64,000 nucleotides of DNA from Oceanispirochaeta sp. (GTDB lineage: Bacteria > Spirochaetota > Spirochaetia > DSM-2461). Within the stretch, counting starts at the first letter, position 1. Every line of letters starts with the position of its first letter. The notes under the pieces were generated by a model that saw only the letters and a program-made list of their open reading frames with translations, was not told the origin of the DNA and did not search any database. The stretch is from the NCBI GenBank assembly GCA_963666275.2, contig CAXXOA010000002.1, positions 1,408,001 through 1,472,000 of the forward strand. Reading direction: 5' to 3'. Made by a program: the position numbers and the translations under genes. Positions 30,541 to 40,550 of the stretch are shown here, one piece after another.

Positions 30541-32175
30541 TTGAAGAAACATATAAGAAGAGCTGTTGAAAATCTCAATCTGAAGAAAATCTTTCTAAAG
30601 TGGTTCTTAATCTTTCTGTTTATTACATCAGCCTTCTCTCTGTTGGGGTACCGCCTTTATACTGTTCGGGAGAGGGAGCATGTTATCAATCAGATACAAA
30701 TTCAGGATCTTACTCTGCTTGATGTTAATCCCGGAATCATTGCAGATGAAATGGCTTCTGTGGAACAAATCCTTTTAATGATTGTTGAGTATCTGAAAAT
30801 CCATGGAGATCTGGCTTCTCCCCCGGAAGAACGTATTTTTGATATTGAATCCATGCTTATGAATGTTTCCACTGTTACCGGAATCTTTGATCAGATCCGG
30901 TACATCGACAGGACCGGACAGGAAGTTCTGCGTATCAACTACAATGAGGGAAATCCTCTGATTATTGATCATGATGAGCTCCAGAGTAAAAGCGGGCGGT
31001 ATTATTTTTCCCATTCCATAGGATTAAAAGAGGGGAATGTTTATGTCTCAGATCTTGATCTGAATGTAGAGCAGGATGAGGTGGAGATTCCCTATAAACC
31101 CATGATCCGCTTTGCTTCTCCTGTATATTTGGATGATTCTTCTGAAGCTGCGGGTGTGGTGGTTCTGAATTATCTGGCGGAAAACCTCTTTGAAAAGGTT
31201 CTTCTGAAGCGCAGAATCTCCGGTGTACATACTTTTCTCATCAATTCCCGGGGAGACTATCTGATCAATACAGAAAATCCGGAGATGGAGTTTCTATTCA
31301 TGTTTCCTGAGGAACCGCGCATTACAGCATCTTTCCAGCAGCCTGATTTATGGCAGGCTCTTAAAGAGTCTGATTCAGGGCAGCTCCTGAATGAAAAGGG
31401 GCTGTTCACATACAGCAAGCTGCACCCCCTGAAGGAAAACTGGGTTTCAAGCAGTGGATCCGGAGGGACTCCGGAAGAGCTTCTCTCTTCGGAAGAGTAT
31501 TACTGGTTCCTTGTGGACTGGCATCCCGATGGAATCCTCCAGGAAGAGATCAGGAATCATTTGATCACTGTCCGTTCAATACGGTGGTATCTGCTCCTTG
31601 CTGTTCTTGTTTTTTCTTTACTTCCGGCAAGGTTTAAAGCCCACTCTGTTGATGAAGAAAAAAAAATTAAAGAGATGGCCTACCACGACAAGTTGACAGG
31701 TCTGCAGAGCCGGGCCTACGGGCTTCAGAGACTTGTGAATGCCCTGGACAGAGCTGATAGCAAGCAGACTAAGGTGGCCGTACTTTTTGCGGATATGGAT
31801 AGATTCAAACCGGTGAATGATAAATACGGCCATGACGCCGGAGACTTTGTGCTCAAAACTATAGCCGGAAGACTATCCCGGCAGGTCAGGCCCAGTGATA
31901 CTGTTGTCCGGCTGGGGGGGGATGAGTTCCTGATCGTTCTGGAAGGTCTGACCGATTCCTCCACTGCCATGATCATCGCGAGGAGAATCGTGGAGAGCGT
32001 AAAGGAACCTGTTGTGTACGAAGAGGTCTCTCTGGAATTGGGAATCAGTATCGGCATCGCCATGTATCCCAGGCAGGGCGATAGTCTTGAGGATCTGATT
32101 GATCACAGCGACAGAGCCATGTATCAGGCTAAAAAATCAGGTGAGAATATCTGCTTCTATAAAGATAACAAATAA
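30541..32175 (+). CDS. Diguanylate cyclase with periplasmic Cache-type sensor
   Basis: Two TMs flanking QIRYID...KSGRYYF...SDLDLNVE...PYKPMIRFASP; intact GGDEF with RPSD I-site. Confidence 0.92.
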   Translation: MKKHIRRAVENLNLKKIFLKWFLIFLFITSAFSLLGYRLYTVREREHVINQIQIQDLTLLDVNPGIIADEMASVEQILLMIVEYLKIHGDLASPPEERIFDIESMLMNVSTVTGIFDQIRYIDRTGQEVLRINYNEGNPLIIDHDELQSKSGRYYFSHSIGLKEGNVYVSDLDLNVEQDEVEIPYKPMIRFASPVYLDDSSEAAGVVVLNYLAENLFEKVLLKRRISGVHTFLINSRGDYLINTENPEMEFLFMFPEEPRITASFQQPDLWQALKESDSGQLLNEKGLFTYSKLHPLKENWVSSSGSGGTPEELLSSEEYYWFLVDWHPDGILQEEIRNHLITVRSIRWYLLLAVLVFSLLPARFKAHSVDEEKKIKEMAYHDKLTGLQSRAYGLQRLVNALDRADSKQTKVAVLFADMDRFKPVNDKYGHDAGDFVLKTIAGRLSRQVRPSDTVVRLGGDEFLIVLEGLTDSSTAMIIARRIVESVKEPVVYEEVSLELGISIGIAMYPRQGDSLEDLIDHSDRAMYQAKKSGENICFYKDNK

Positions 32176-32359
32176 ACCGTCGCTTTCGGTTCTGTTTTTT
32201 TACATATAGGTCATATCTACTGGAATGTCCTATAAATGAATTTCAATATATTTCTAATTTTATAACGAATTAGTGATCTCCTTTACTTTTTTATATATTA
32301 CTATAATAGTAAGGTATTGTCGATTTCAGGCAATGCAGCTACTTTTGGAGGCAATTTAT

Positions 32360-33325
32360 ATGCATAAAAACAGCAAGTCCTTTTTTATTTTATCTTCCCT
32401 GATACTCTCTTTTGTTCTCATCTCCTGTGATACCGGAGGATCCGATAATGATGAAACTAAAGTTCTGTCCCCTGATTTCAGTATTCCTGCAGGTTATGCT
32501 GAAACCGGAACAGCAGTGGTTATCACCACTGAGACAGAGGATGCGGTGATTTATTACACCACTGACGATACTGATCCCTTCGAGAGCGATTCGGTTATAG
32601 AGGGGCCAAAAGGGGAATCCGTGTCCGTGACGATCACTCAGAATGTCAATCTGAGAGCCTATGCCGGAAAAAGCGGTATGTCCGATTCAGACGCTGTCTC
32701 GGTCTTTTACGAAGCAGCCCTTGTGGTGGACAGCTTTGAGGATGGCACTCTGGAAGGTTGGGAGTCTACAGGGGAAGACACGACAGATATCCTTGTGGAC
32801 GATACCCAGGGGGCCAATGGAACGGGAAAGAGTCTGATGCTGGATAACTCACTGGTTGAGGGGACCTATGATGACGGTTCTGTCAAAAAAGAATTTACCA
32901 CCGGTTTTCAGCCGACCTATATCAGCTTTTATGCCATGTATGAAGAGAATGAATCCACCAGTGGAGCCGAGTATGGTCCGGCCATAATTTTTCATGACAA
33001 TCCGGATACCTCCAGCGCCAATAGCATCCTCTATACAGAATTCAGTGTGGAAAACGGCAGTAACCGAATCGATTTCAATGATGAAAGTACTCCTGTCGAT
33101 TCGGTTGAAAGGAACACCTGGTATCATATTGAAATGAAAAACTTCGACTGGTCCGCAGGGTTGGTTGACATATACTTTAACGGGACCTACCAGTTTGCAG
33201 ATGACATTGACCTCCCGGCTGCTACGGGTTCAAACACATTAATTTATCTGATTACCATAGGGAGTGATGCGGGAGGCCCGGGCGACGAACAGAGTGCCTG
33301 GGTTGATGAACTTGTGGTTCAGTGA
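32360..33325 (+). CDS. Lipoprotein with Fn3-associated/chitobiase C-terminal-like domain and a beta-sandwich domain
   Basis: Lipobox LISC; IYYTTDDTDP and LRAYAGKSGMSDS motifs; acidic C-terminal domain; ATG 32360 with GGAGG SD. Confidence 0.7.
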   Translation: MHKNSKSFFILSSLILSFVLISCDTGGSDNDETKVLSPDFSIPAGYAETGTAVVITTETEDAVIYYTTDDTDPFESDSVIEGPKGESVSVTITQNVNLRAYAGKSGMSDSDAVSVFYEAALVVDSFEDGTLEGWESTGEDTTDILVDDTQGANGTGKSLMLDNSLVEGTYDDGSVKKEFTTGFQPTYISFYAMYEENESTSGAEYGPAIIFHDNPDTSSANSILYTEFSVENGSNRIDFNDESTPVDSVERNTWYHIEMKNFDWSAGLVDIYFNGTYQFADDIDLPAATGSNTLIYLITIGSDAGGPGDEQSAWVDELVVQ

Positions 33326-33351
33326 TTCCCTTTAGGTTTTCATTTCTTAAG

Positions 33352-33388
33352 CAGGCTGCCCGGTGTTATCGGGCAGCCTGTTTTTTTT
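33352..33388 (+). terminator. Intrinsic terminator
   Basis: CAGGCTGCCCG-loop-CGGGCAGCCTG followed by T8. Confidence 0.9.
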
Positions 33389-33566
33389 AAAAAAAGTATT
33401 TGTCAGATATCAATTAAAAAAATCAGAAAGTACTGATAAAAAAGTCTTTCTATAGTCAGTCAGTAAGCGGAACTGAAGAGTTTCCGTTGGTTTCATGAAA
33501 TATTCTTGAGTTCTGCCGTATGGTGCAAACTGGATAAAAGGTTTGAACTGAGATAAAATCACTTCT

Positions 33567-34676
33567 GTGACATTCAGTTTTTCTCTACTCACATTGCTCT
33601 TATTTCTTGGGTTTGGTCAGGCTATGACAATATCTGTCATTCTGATCATCCGGTTTTTTCGCAAGCAGCATAATGATGTCCTCTTTAACCTGCTCTTCTT
33701 TCTGACTCTCTATATATATCTTACAGATCTACTGGTGCCTTCAGGGATGTTCCGGGTGCTGCATTTTCTTCTTTTTACAGACTTCCCCGTACTGTTTCTT
33801 ATCCCGCCGGTACTTCTGTTTTATGTGCAGAAAACAACCGGAAAGAGAATCCAGTTGAAATTCAGAGGCCTTCAGAACCTTCATTTTGTTCCCTTTCTGG
33901 CTATTCTGGCTTTCCATATCCCTCGGTTTTTTTTGATTCCTGATGTGAAAATAAAGATGTTTCAAACAGGTGAAATCCCTCCGCCTCTTATAGGTGGTGT
34001 AAGTATGTTCCAGATGGGGATTCTCCAGTTTTTTCTGTATCTCCTCTATTGTTTCTATCTTGTATTTTTTAGAACAGACAAGCATCAGATTTCCCGAATC
34101 CGCAGTCTCAGGACAATCCTGTTTTTCTATCTGATTATCTTTCTGAGTTTCTCCTATTTCCTTCTTGTCTCCCGAAATTATCCGGAGCGTGATTTTTCTT
34201 CCTTCCGGTTGGCTTTGGATTTTCCTATCATAATTATCAGTATCTACTATTACTATATTCTGATCAGTGGGAAGGTACGTGGCAGTGAGTTAAAAGAGCC
34301 TGAGAAGAAATACCGGAAATCAAGACTTCAGCCCGGTGAAAACTCTCAGATCTGCCAAGATCTCAACAGGGTTATTGAAAAGGAAAAGCTCTGGCTGGAT
34401 CCTGATCTGGATTTACGGGCTCTGGCAGAAAAAACGGGGTATTCCTATCATAACCTTTCACAGGCTATAAATCAGACAACCGGACTGAATTACCATGGAT
34501 TTATAAACCGCTATCGAATCAGAGAAGCGTGCCGGTTGCTGCTGGAAACAGATATGATCATTCTGGATATTGCCTATGCCGCAGGGTTTAATTCCAAACC
34601 CACATTCAACACTGTTTTTAAAAAAGAGAAAAACTGCACCCCCACGCAGTTCAGAGCCAGTCAAAGAAAAAAATAG
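33567..34676 (+). CDS. Membrane-anchored AraC-family regulator
   Basis: Several N-terminal TMs; KYRKSRL, DPDLDL, FINRYRI, IAYAAGFNSKPTFNTVFKK. Confidence 0.9.
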   Translation: MTFSFSLLTLLLFLGFGQAMTISVILIIRFFRKQHNDVLFNLLFFLTLYIYLTDLLVPSGMFRVLHFLLFTDFPVLFLIPPVLLFYVQKTTGKRIQLKFRGLQNLHFVPFLAILAFHIPRFFLIPDVKIKMFQTGEIPPPLIGGVSMFQMGILQFFLYLLYCFYLVFFRTDKHQISRIRSLRTILFFYLIIFLSFSYFLLVSRNYPERDFSSFRLALDFPIIIISIYYYYILISGKVRGSELKEPEKKYRKSRLQPGENSQICQDLNRVIEKEKLWLDPDLDLRALAEKTGYSYHNLSQAINQTTGLNYHGFINRYRIREACRLLLETDMIILDIAYAAGFNSKPTFNTVFKKEKNCTPTQFRASQRKK

Positions 34677-34825
34677 GCAGAAAAAACGTCTCATCTTATC
34701 GGATTGAACGGTATCGATTATTTTTTATCTTATCATTCCCTCAGATTGTTTCTGCAGAAGATGCAGTGTCTTCGATAGAGAAGGTCTGGTGTATTGAACA
34801 TACATATTTTTCATAGGAGTTGAAA

Positions 34826-36883
34826 ATGGGGAATAATATATCAAGAAGGAACTTCCTGAAAGGTGCTGCCGGAACAGTGGGTGTTCTGGCAATCGGTACT
34901 TTAACAGGGTGTAAAATCGCGGGGAAAGGGCTCTATAAACCCGGTACCTACAGCGCGACAGCCAAAGGTATTGGAGAAGTCAGTGTGAGCATGACTTTTT
35001 CTGAAAGCAGTATTACGGACGTTGTCCTGAATGTGGAAAATGAAACACTCGGAATCGGTCAGGCTGCATCAGAGGAGCTGAAAAAGGCAATTATCTCTGC
35101 CCAGTCCGCTGAGATCGATGCTGTCAGCGGTGCAACGGTAACCTCCAATGCAGTAAAGAGTGCCGTGGATAACTGTATTGCCCAGGCAAAAGGGGAGAGT
35201 GTTGTCTCTACCGTTTCCGCCGCCTCAGAACATGGGAAGGAAAAAGACTGGCTGGGAGAAGAACCGGAAATCGGCCATATCGATGAAGTTCAGGAATATG
35301 ATGTTGTGATCGTTGGTGCGGGACTGTCCGGAATCTGCGCGGCCAGAGCCGCCGCTGAAGAAGGAGCAAAGGTTGCCATCATCGAAAAATCCGCTTCCTT
35401 CAACTGCCGGTCCGGAGAGTATGCCCTTCTGAACGGAAGTCTCAACAGACGCTGGGGCAGAGAGAATATTGTTGATAAAAACAGTGTGGTTAACCGTCTT
35501 ATGAAAGAGACAACATATCGGACCAAAAGACCTATCCTGACAAAGTGGGCTGACCATGCCCATGAAGTGATGGACTGGTTTATTGATGCCTATCCTGAAC
35601 TGACAATCTGTGATTCCACCAGGGAGAACGTAACTCAGGAACAGTTTGACAAGGGAATTCTGGTTCCCCTTTCCTGGCCTCTTCCCGAAAAATATAACTT
35701 CAAAGAGGAAGACTTCCCTACATTCCCCTCATCCATGGAGTTCAGGTCCAGCCGGAGAGATCAGCAGGGGTTTATGGTGGAAGCCCAGCTCAATGATGCC
35801 ATCTCCCGGGGAACCGAAGTATTCTACGGGTGTTTCGGTAAAAAGCTTCTGAAGGACAGCTCAGGCAGGGTGACCGGTCTGGTTGCTCAGAATTCAAAAG
35901 ACGGAAACAAATACATTCAGTTCAATGCGAAAAAGGGTGTCATTCTGGCTACCGGTGACAACAGCGGGGATGAAAAGATCCTCAACCACTTTACTCCGGA
36001 AGTGATGGAAAAGAAGATTGCCCGGATGGCCGAAATGGGAATCCTGGGTGTTGATATCAATGGAAAACCCATCAGTACCGGAGACGGACTGCGGATGGGA
36101 GCCTGGGCGGGAGCCAAAGTTCAGGATTTTCATGCTCCCATGACCCATCATATGGGAGGGGGACAGCCCGGCCAGACTGTCGGTGTCACTCCCTTTCTGC
36201 AGATCAACAAGCACGGTGAACGGTTTATGAATGAGTGTATTCCCGGTCAGCAGCTGGAAAACCAGATTGAGCTTCAGCCGGATCATACCTCATTCCAGAT
36301 CTATGATGCCAACTGGGGGAAACAGATTCCCTTTATGCCCGCCAATCACGGAGGGCTCTGTTATATCATTCCCGAAGATGAAGACGAGTCCAATCCCAAC
36401 TATGAGGACAGGCAGTATACCAAAATCTCTGCCAAAGAGAGGGAAGGAGCCTACACAGCCAAAGCAGATACCATCGAAGAACTTCTGAAACAGCTTGGAT
36501 TTGAAGGGGAGGCGCTGAAGAATGCTCTAGCCTCTGTAGCTCGATACAATGAACAGGCCAGAAAAGGGGTGGATGAAGATTTCGGTAAATCCGGAAAAAG
36601 GATGTTCCCTCTGGAAAAAGGGCCTTTCTATGCCAATCAGTGGGGAACTACGGTTCTTCTGGTTTGTATCGGTGGTCTGGAAAGCGATGAAGAGTGCCGA
36701 ACCTTCACTGCAGGGGATCCGGTAAGCCCCGCGAGAGATGCGATACCCGGTCTTTATGTCTGCGGAAACGTTCAGGGTAACCGCTACGCAGTGGAATATC
36801 CTATCTGTATGCGCGGTGTGAGTCATTCCATGTGTGTTTACTACGGCTATGTCGCCGGAAAGAATGTTGTACGGGGAGTATAA
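34826..36883 (+). CDS. Tat-exported lipoprotein flavoreductase (FMN-binding domain plus FAD_binding_2/flavocytochrome c-type domain)
   Basis: SRRNFLK twin-Arg, LTGC lipobox, DAVSGATVTS flavinylation motif, VVIVGAGLSG, GVILATG, GERFMNE, IPGLYVCGN. Confidence 0.88.
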   Translation: MGNNISRRNFLKGAAGTVGVLAIGTLTGCKIAGKGLYKPGTYSATAKGIGEVSVSMTFSESSITDVVLNVENETLGIGQAASEELKKAIISAQSAEIDAVSGATVTSNAVKSAVDNCIAQAKGESVVSTVSAASEHGKEKDWLGEEPEIGHIDEVQEYDVVIVGAGLSGICAARAAAEEGAKVAIIEKSASFNCRSGEYALLNGSLNRRWGRENIVDKNSVVNRLMKETTYRTKRPILTKWADHAHEVMDWFIDAYPELTICDSTRENVTQEQFDKGILVPLSWPLPEKYNFKEEDFPTFPSSMEFRSSRRDQQGFMVEAQLNDAISRGTEVFYGCFGKKLLKDSSGRVTGLVAQNSKDGNKYIQFNAKKGVILATGDNSGDEKILNHFTPEVMEKKIARMAEMGILGVDINGKPISTGDGLRMGAWAGAKVQDFHAPMTHHMGGGQPGQTVGVTPFLQINKHGERFMNECIPGQQLENQIELQPDHTSFQIYDANWGKQIPFMPANHGGLCYIIPEDEDESNPNYEDRQYTKISAKEREGAYTAKADTIEELLKQLGFEGEALKNALASVARYNEQARKGVDEDFGKSGKRMFPLEKGPFYANQWGTTVLLVCIGGLESDEECRTFTAGDPVSPARDAIPGLYVCGNVQGNRYAVEYPICMRGVSHSMCVYYGYVAGKNVVRGV

Positions 36884-37011
36884 TCTTTCAGGTCCGATTA
36901 CATCCGTTTGAAATTGTTTACAAATGTATTGCTGTTTTATCATAGCGGTACGTTTATGTAAATATAAATAACCGGCTGTCTGCCGGTTGACATCACTCTT
37001 ATCTTTATCAT

Positions 37012-37045
37012 CCCGTCGGAGTTGTATTCCGGCGGGTCTTTCTGC
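37012..37045 (+). terminator. Probable terminator downstream of the flavoreductase
   Basis: CCCGTCGGA-loop-TCCGGCGGG followed by TCTTTCT. Confidence 0.55.
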
Positions 37046-37542
37046 TTTTCAAACTGAGTTCCTTGCTGAGAAACGATTCTGATGAATCCTGGGAATTCAA
37101 TGGGGTTTTACATACATTTTGCATAAGAAAATAGTCATATGTATTAACTATAAATACTAGAGAGATCACCAAAATTGAATCCTAATATGCAAATACTGTA
37201 TTTCCATGAATATACAGGAACTTGTAAATGGACATAGCCTTTTTTTTCTTAGGAAGCATAGGATCAAAATCTTCGGTCTTACTGTAATCACCCAGAGACA
37301 TCATATCACCGTTGTCAGTACAAAGATGCCAAAGACCGCATTTCTTTTGTGAAGGTTCCGGTGGGGGAGTTGATCAGAATATTGTCGATATTCTGAAACA
37401 CTTTGTACCTGCTTTGAGAAGAATCCTTCTTTTGCATTCTGGAACCATAACATAGAAATCTGGTTTGGTAGATAGATATCAGGATTGTTACTGTAACAGA
37501 CATAATTAACATTTCGAATCTTTCAGGAAGTTTGTTCAGGAC

Positions 37543-37572
37543 AAAAAAAACGCCTACCCGAAGGTAAGCGTT
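37543..37572 (-). terminator. Terminator of the tRNA operon
   Basis: Minus strand AACGCTTACC-TTCG-GGTAGGCG followed by T8. Confidence 0.85.
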
Positions 37573-37579
37573 ATGTGTA

Positions 37580-37653
37580 TACGTCCTAGAGGATTCGAAC
37601 CTCTGACCCTCGGCTTAGAAGGCCGATGCTCTATCCAGCTGAGCTAAGGACGC
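37580..37653 (-). tRNA. tRNA-Arg(TCT)
   Basis: GCGTCCTTAGCTCAGCTGGATAGAGCATCGGCCTTCTAAGCCGAGGGTCAGAGGTTCGAATCCTCTAGGACGTA folds as a cloverleaf; CCA not encoded. Confidence 0.97.
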
Positions 37654-37716
37654 TCGTTTCAATAATAATAGCCGGGGATATAAGAAAAGCCAAGGTGTAC
37701 TGTTCCCGACTGTGAG

Positions 37717-37789
37717 TCGGGATAGCAGGACTCGAACCTGCGATTTCCTGCTCCCAAAGCAGGCGCCTTAGCCACTAGGCTATATCCCG
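37717..37789 (-). tRNA. tRNA-Pro(TGG)
   Basis: CGGGATATAGCCTAGTGGCTAAGGCGCCTGCTTTGGGAGCAGGAAATCGCAGGTTCGAGTCCTGCTATCCCGA; CCA not encoded. Confidence 0.97.
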
Positions 37790-37801
37790 TAACGTTTGGG
37801 A

Positions 37802-37830
37802 AGTATATAGAATCTGATATTTTTGGTCAA
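37802..37830 (-). promoter_or_regulatory. Sigma70 promoter of the tRNA-Pro/Arg operon
   Basis: TTGACC-17 bp-TATACT. Confidence 0.85.
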
Positions 37831-37924
37831 TATGGATTTTCGAGATTTTTTACTGCTTTGACTTCTGTGGTTCCATCAGTCGCAAACCCTTGCCATGACA
37901 GGGGATGTTCCTCATAATACGTCT

Positions 37925-38554
37925 ATGAAAACAGCCGAAAGAGCCAGGATCATTACGGAAATTTTAAATACAGAGTATCCCGACAGAAAACCCCTTCTGA
38001 ATTTCCGAAACCCCTACGAACTGCTGATTGCAGTGATCCTGTCGGCTCAGACGACTGATGCGGGGGTCAATAAGGTCACTCCCATCCTTTTTGATAGATA
38101 TCCGAGCCCCGGACTTCTTGCGGAAGCACTTCAGGGAGAGGTGGAGGATATTATTCACCCCACCGGTTTTTTCAGGGTCAAAGCGGCCAACATCATCAAA
38201 ACGGCCAAAGCCCTTTCCGATCAGTATGAGGGAGAGGTTCCGGGAACCATGGAGGAGCTGACCGCTCTTCCCGGGGTGGGGCGGAAAACAGCCAATGTGA
38301 TCCTCTATCATATCTTTGACCAGCCGGCGATTATTGTGGACACCCACTTCAAGCGGGTTTCCAACAGGCTGGGGTTTACCTCTAAAAAAGATCCCCAACA
38401 GATCGAACGGGAGATGCTGAAGAAGATTCCCCGGGAGATCCAGTCGGACTTTTCCATGACATTGAATCTGCACGGCCGGAAGTACTGCCATCCCCGGAAA
38501 CCCGAGTGCGGGAGCTGTCCGATTCAGGATTACTGCCCTTCGGCGCTGCTCTGA
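37925..38554 (+). CDS. nth: Endonuclease III
   Basis: LIAVILSAQTTD, LPGVGRKTANV, VDTH and the 4Fe-4S motif C-x6-C-x2-C-x5-C. Confidence 0.96.
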   Translation: MKTAERARIITEILNTEYPDRKPLLNFRNPYELLIAVILSAQTTDAGVNKVTPILFDRYPSPGLLAEALQGEVEDIIHPTGFFRVKAANIIKTAKALSDQYEGEVPGTMEELTALPGVGRKTANVILYHIFDQPAIIVDTHFKRVSNRLGFTSKKDPQQIEREMLKKIPREIQSDFSMTLNLHGRKYCHPRKPECGSCPIQDYCPSALL

Positions 38555-40453
38555 TTACTGGAGTTTGAAGGTTTTCAGCTCATAATTGGTCGGTCCGGCC
38601 AGTCCTATAGTCAGGCCTATGTAAATCTCACCTAAAGACTCATCAATTGCCGCATCCACTTTAAAAATATTCCCCAGAGATGGATTTAGAACTTCAGACT
38701 GTAGCCAGCTAAATCCGCCGTTTTCAGAAACATTTATAAGATAAGCGGCTCCAACCTGAGGAATATCCATAACCTGCACCAGTACCAGGTAGTTCTCCGA
38801 GGAGAAAAAATGAAATTCAAATGAATACCCCTGGTCTATCAGCGACTGTATCTCATCAGGGGGATCTGTTTCATCGTACACGTCCAATGTCTTATTCAGT
38901 CCCGGGAAGTAAACAGATGCCTCTCTGGGTGAGGAGGCTATTATGTATTTGTTTTTTAAAATACCCAGAGTCCGGTAGGTATCGGTATCAGCGGCAATGG
39001 AGAAAACAGGGCCGGATAAACCGCTGGCCCCCGGAGAGTAGGTGTAAACGGAACCGCTGTCGGCTATAACATAGCAGGTGCGATCTATTGAGGCGATCTG
39101 CAGATTATCAGCTGTGCCGATTTCATTGGAAAAAGCTATGGTAGCAGGATTGAAGGGGCCCACATATCCGGGATAGGTTTCGGACATACCTATGTGCAGG
39201 TTCCCGGATTGATCCACTGTTGCCAGTACGGCATGTGTTCCCGAGTAGCTGACTCTGTTATTGATGTAGGGAGGATAATAATTCGAAATTGTGTATTCCA
39301 TTTCCTGAGTATGATCTGGTAGATGGTTATAGATATTATTCATGTCTTTTATCGCTAAAACATAATCAAATGTTGTGCTGTTATCAATTAAGTAGAATAG
39401 ACTCATAATCGCAAAATTATCTTGAATGTAGATATCCGGAATCCCCTGGTATGTAGGAAAAAGACTTGTGATGGTTGAACCTAACAGGGAGGAAGGGGAA
39501 GAAATATTCCAGTTTGAACCGTCGCTGGTGTTTAGATAATATCCACCATAGGCTGCATCATACTGAATTGTCATGTGAAATACTCCACTCCCTGCTGATA
39601 TGGGTCGGTAGCTCGGCGCTGTTGTTGTATAAATCATGGATGTAAGAAGATCTGAGTTTGAATCGGATGCATCAATCCTATCTGTATTCACCAGTCCTGT
39701 ATGGCCGCTGGCCTCTCCCCACCAGGCCATGGCTTCCATCTGAGCCGGCGCTCCATTGTAAACGCTGAAGTAGACATAGCTTCCGTTTTCACCGGCGGTA
39801 AAAAATAACTCATCCTTGTCGGGTATGGTTGTGACAGGAAGGAGAGATCCTGTATCTGTCACAAGAGTCAGGATTTCCTCAGAGACAATATCATTGATGG
39901 TATCGCCGATTAGGTAATACTCTTTTCCCGCAGTCAGTGGCCCCAGTCCCAGAAAGATACTTTCTCCGGGAGAAATCAATTTGTAGATATATTCTCCTGC
40001 TGACACCAAATCCAGCAGGGGCGAGTCCGGAGAGATCCGCAGGGTCAGGGTGACTTTGTTGTCCCCCCCGGAAAGTTCCATTTCCTGATATCTGTCGCAG
40101 ACAAGAATGCCGTTTTTATTGAATGTTTCCACTCTGACAGTTCCGGGAACACTGGCCGGCAGATTCTGAAGAGTCGCTGTGGCTGTGAGTTTTCCGGGAT
40201 CCTCCGAACTCACTTCCAAAACCGCTGTTGTGGTGAAATCCCTGTCTCCCACGGTGTATGTCACAGAAAGGCTGTCCGAAGAGAGGTCGATAAACCGGCC
40301 CGGCTCCTGTCCGAAGTTCCCAGAATAGAGAGATCGGTCTATGGAAATCCCCACACTCAGACTGGCTTTTTCACTGGAAAGATCCATTAAACTGTTGCGG
40401 CAGGAAAACAGAAAGGGGAGGAATAGGACGACAAAGAAAATACGGCGATTCAT
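38555..40453 (-). CDS. Hypothetical lipoprotein (632 aa, beta-rich, possible C-terminal propeller)
   Basis: Lipobox LFSC; BNR/Asp-box-like segments TSDGSNW and SENGGFSW. Confidence 0.7.
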   Translation of the reverse strand: MNRRIFFVVLFLPFLFSCRNSLMDLSSEKASLSVGISIDRSLYSGNFGQEPGRFIDLSSDSLSVTYTVGDRDFTTTAVLEVSSEDPGKLTATATLQNLPASVPGTVRVETFNKNGILVCDRYQEMELSGGDNKVTLTLRISPDSPLLDLVSAGEYIYKLISPGESIFLGLGPLTAGKEYYLIGDTINDIVSEEILTLVTDTGSLLPVTTIPDKDELFFTAGENGSYVYFSVYNGAPAQMEAMAWWGEASGHTGLVNTDRIDASDSNSDLLTSMIYTTTAPSYRPISAGSGVFHMTIQYDAAYGGYYLNTSDGSNWNISSPSSLLGSTITSLFPTYQGIPDIYIQDNFAIMSLFYLIDNSTTFDYVLAIKDMNNIYNHLPDHTQEMEYTISNYYPPYINNRVSYSGTHAVLATVDQSGNLHIGMSETYPGYVGPFNPATIAFSNEIGTADNLQIASIDRTCYVIADSGSVYTYSPGASGLSGPVFSIAADTDTYRTLGILKNKYIIASSPREASVYFPGLNKTLDVYDETDPPDEIQSLIDQGYSFEFHFFSSENYLVLVQVMDIPQVGAAYLINVSENGGFSWLQSEVLNPSLGNIFKVDAAIDESLGEIYIGLTIGLAGPTNYELKTFKLQ

Positions 40454-40550
40454 AATGACGCTCCTAATAAAAATTACAGGCTTTTCAGGCGTCAGAACAG
40501 AAAGCAGTGAGTCTGTTAATAGTAATTATAATGCAGTATGCCCGGAGTTT

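Noticed and set aside
37147..37159. Isolated ACTATAAATACTA matching the 9-bp repeat
   Set aside because: A single short match in AT-rich DNA, compatible with chance.
37513..37530. TTCGAATCTTTCAGGAAG as an att-site duplicate of the tRNA-Arg 3' end
   Set aside because: It is in the opposite orientation, has several mismatches, and no integrase is present.
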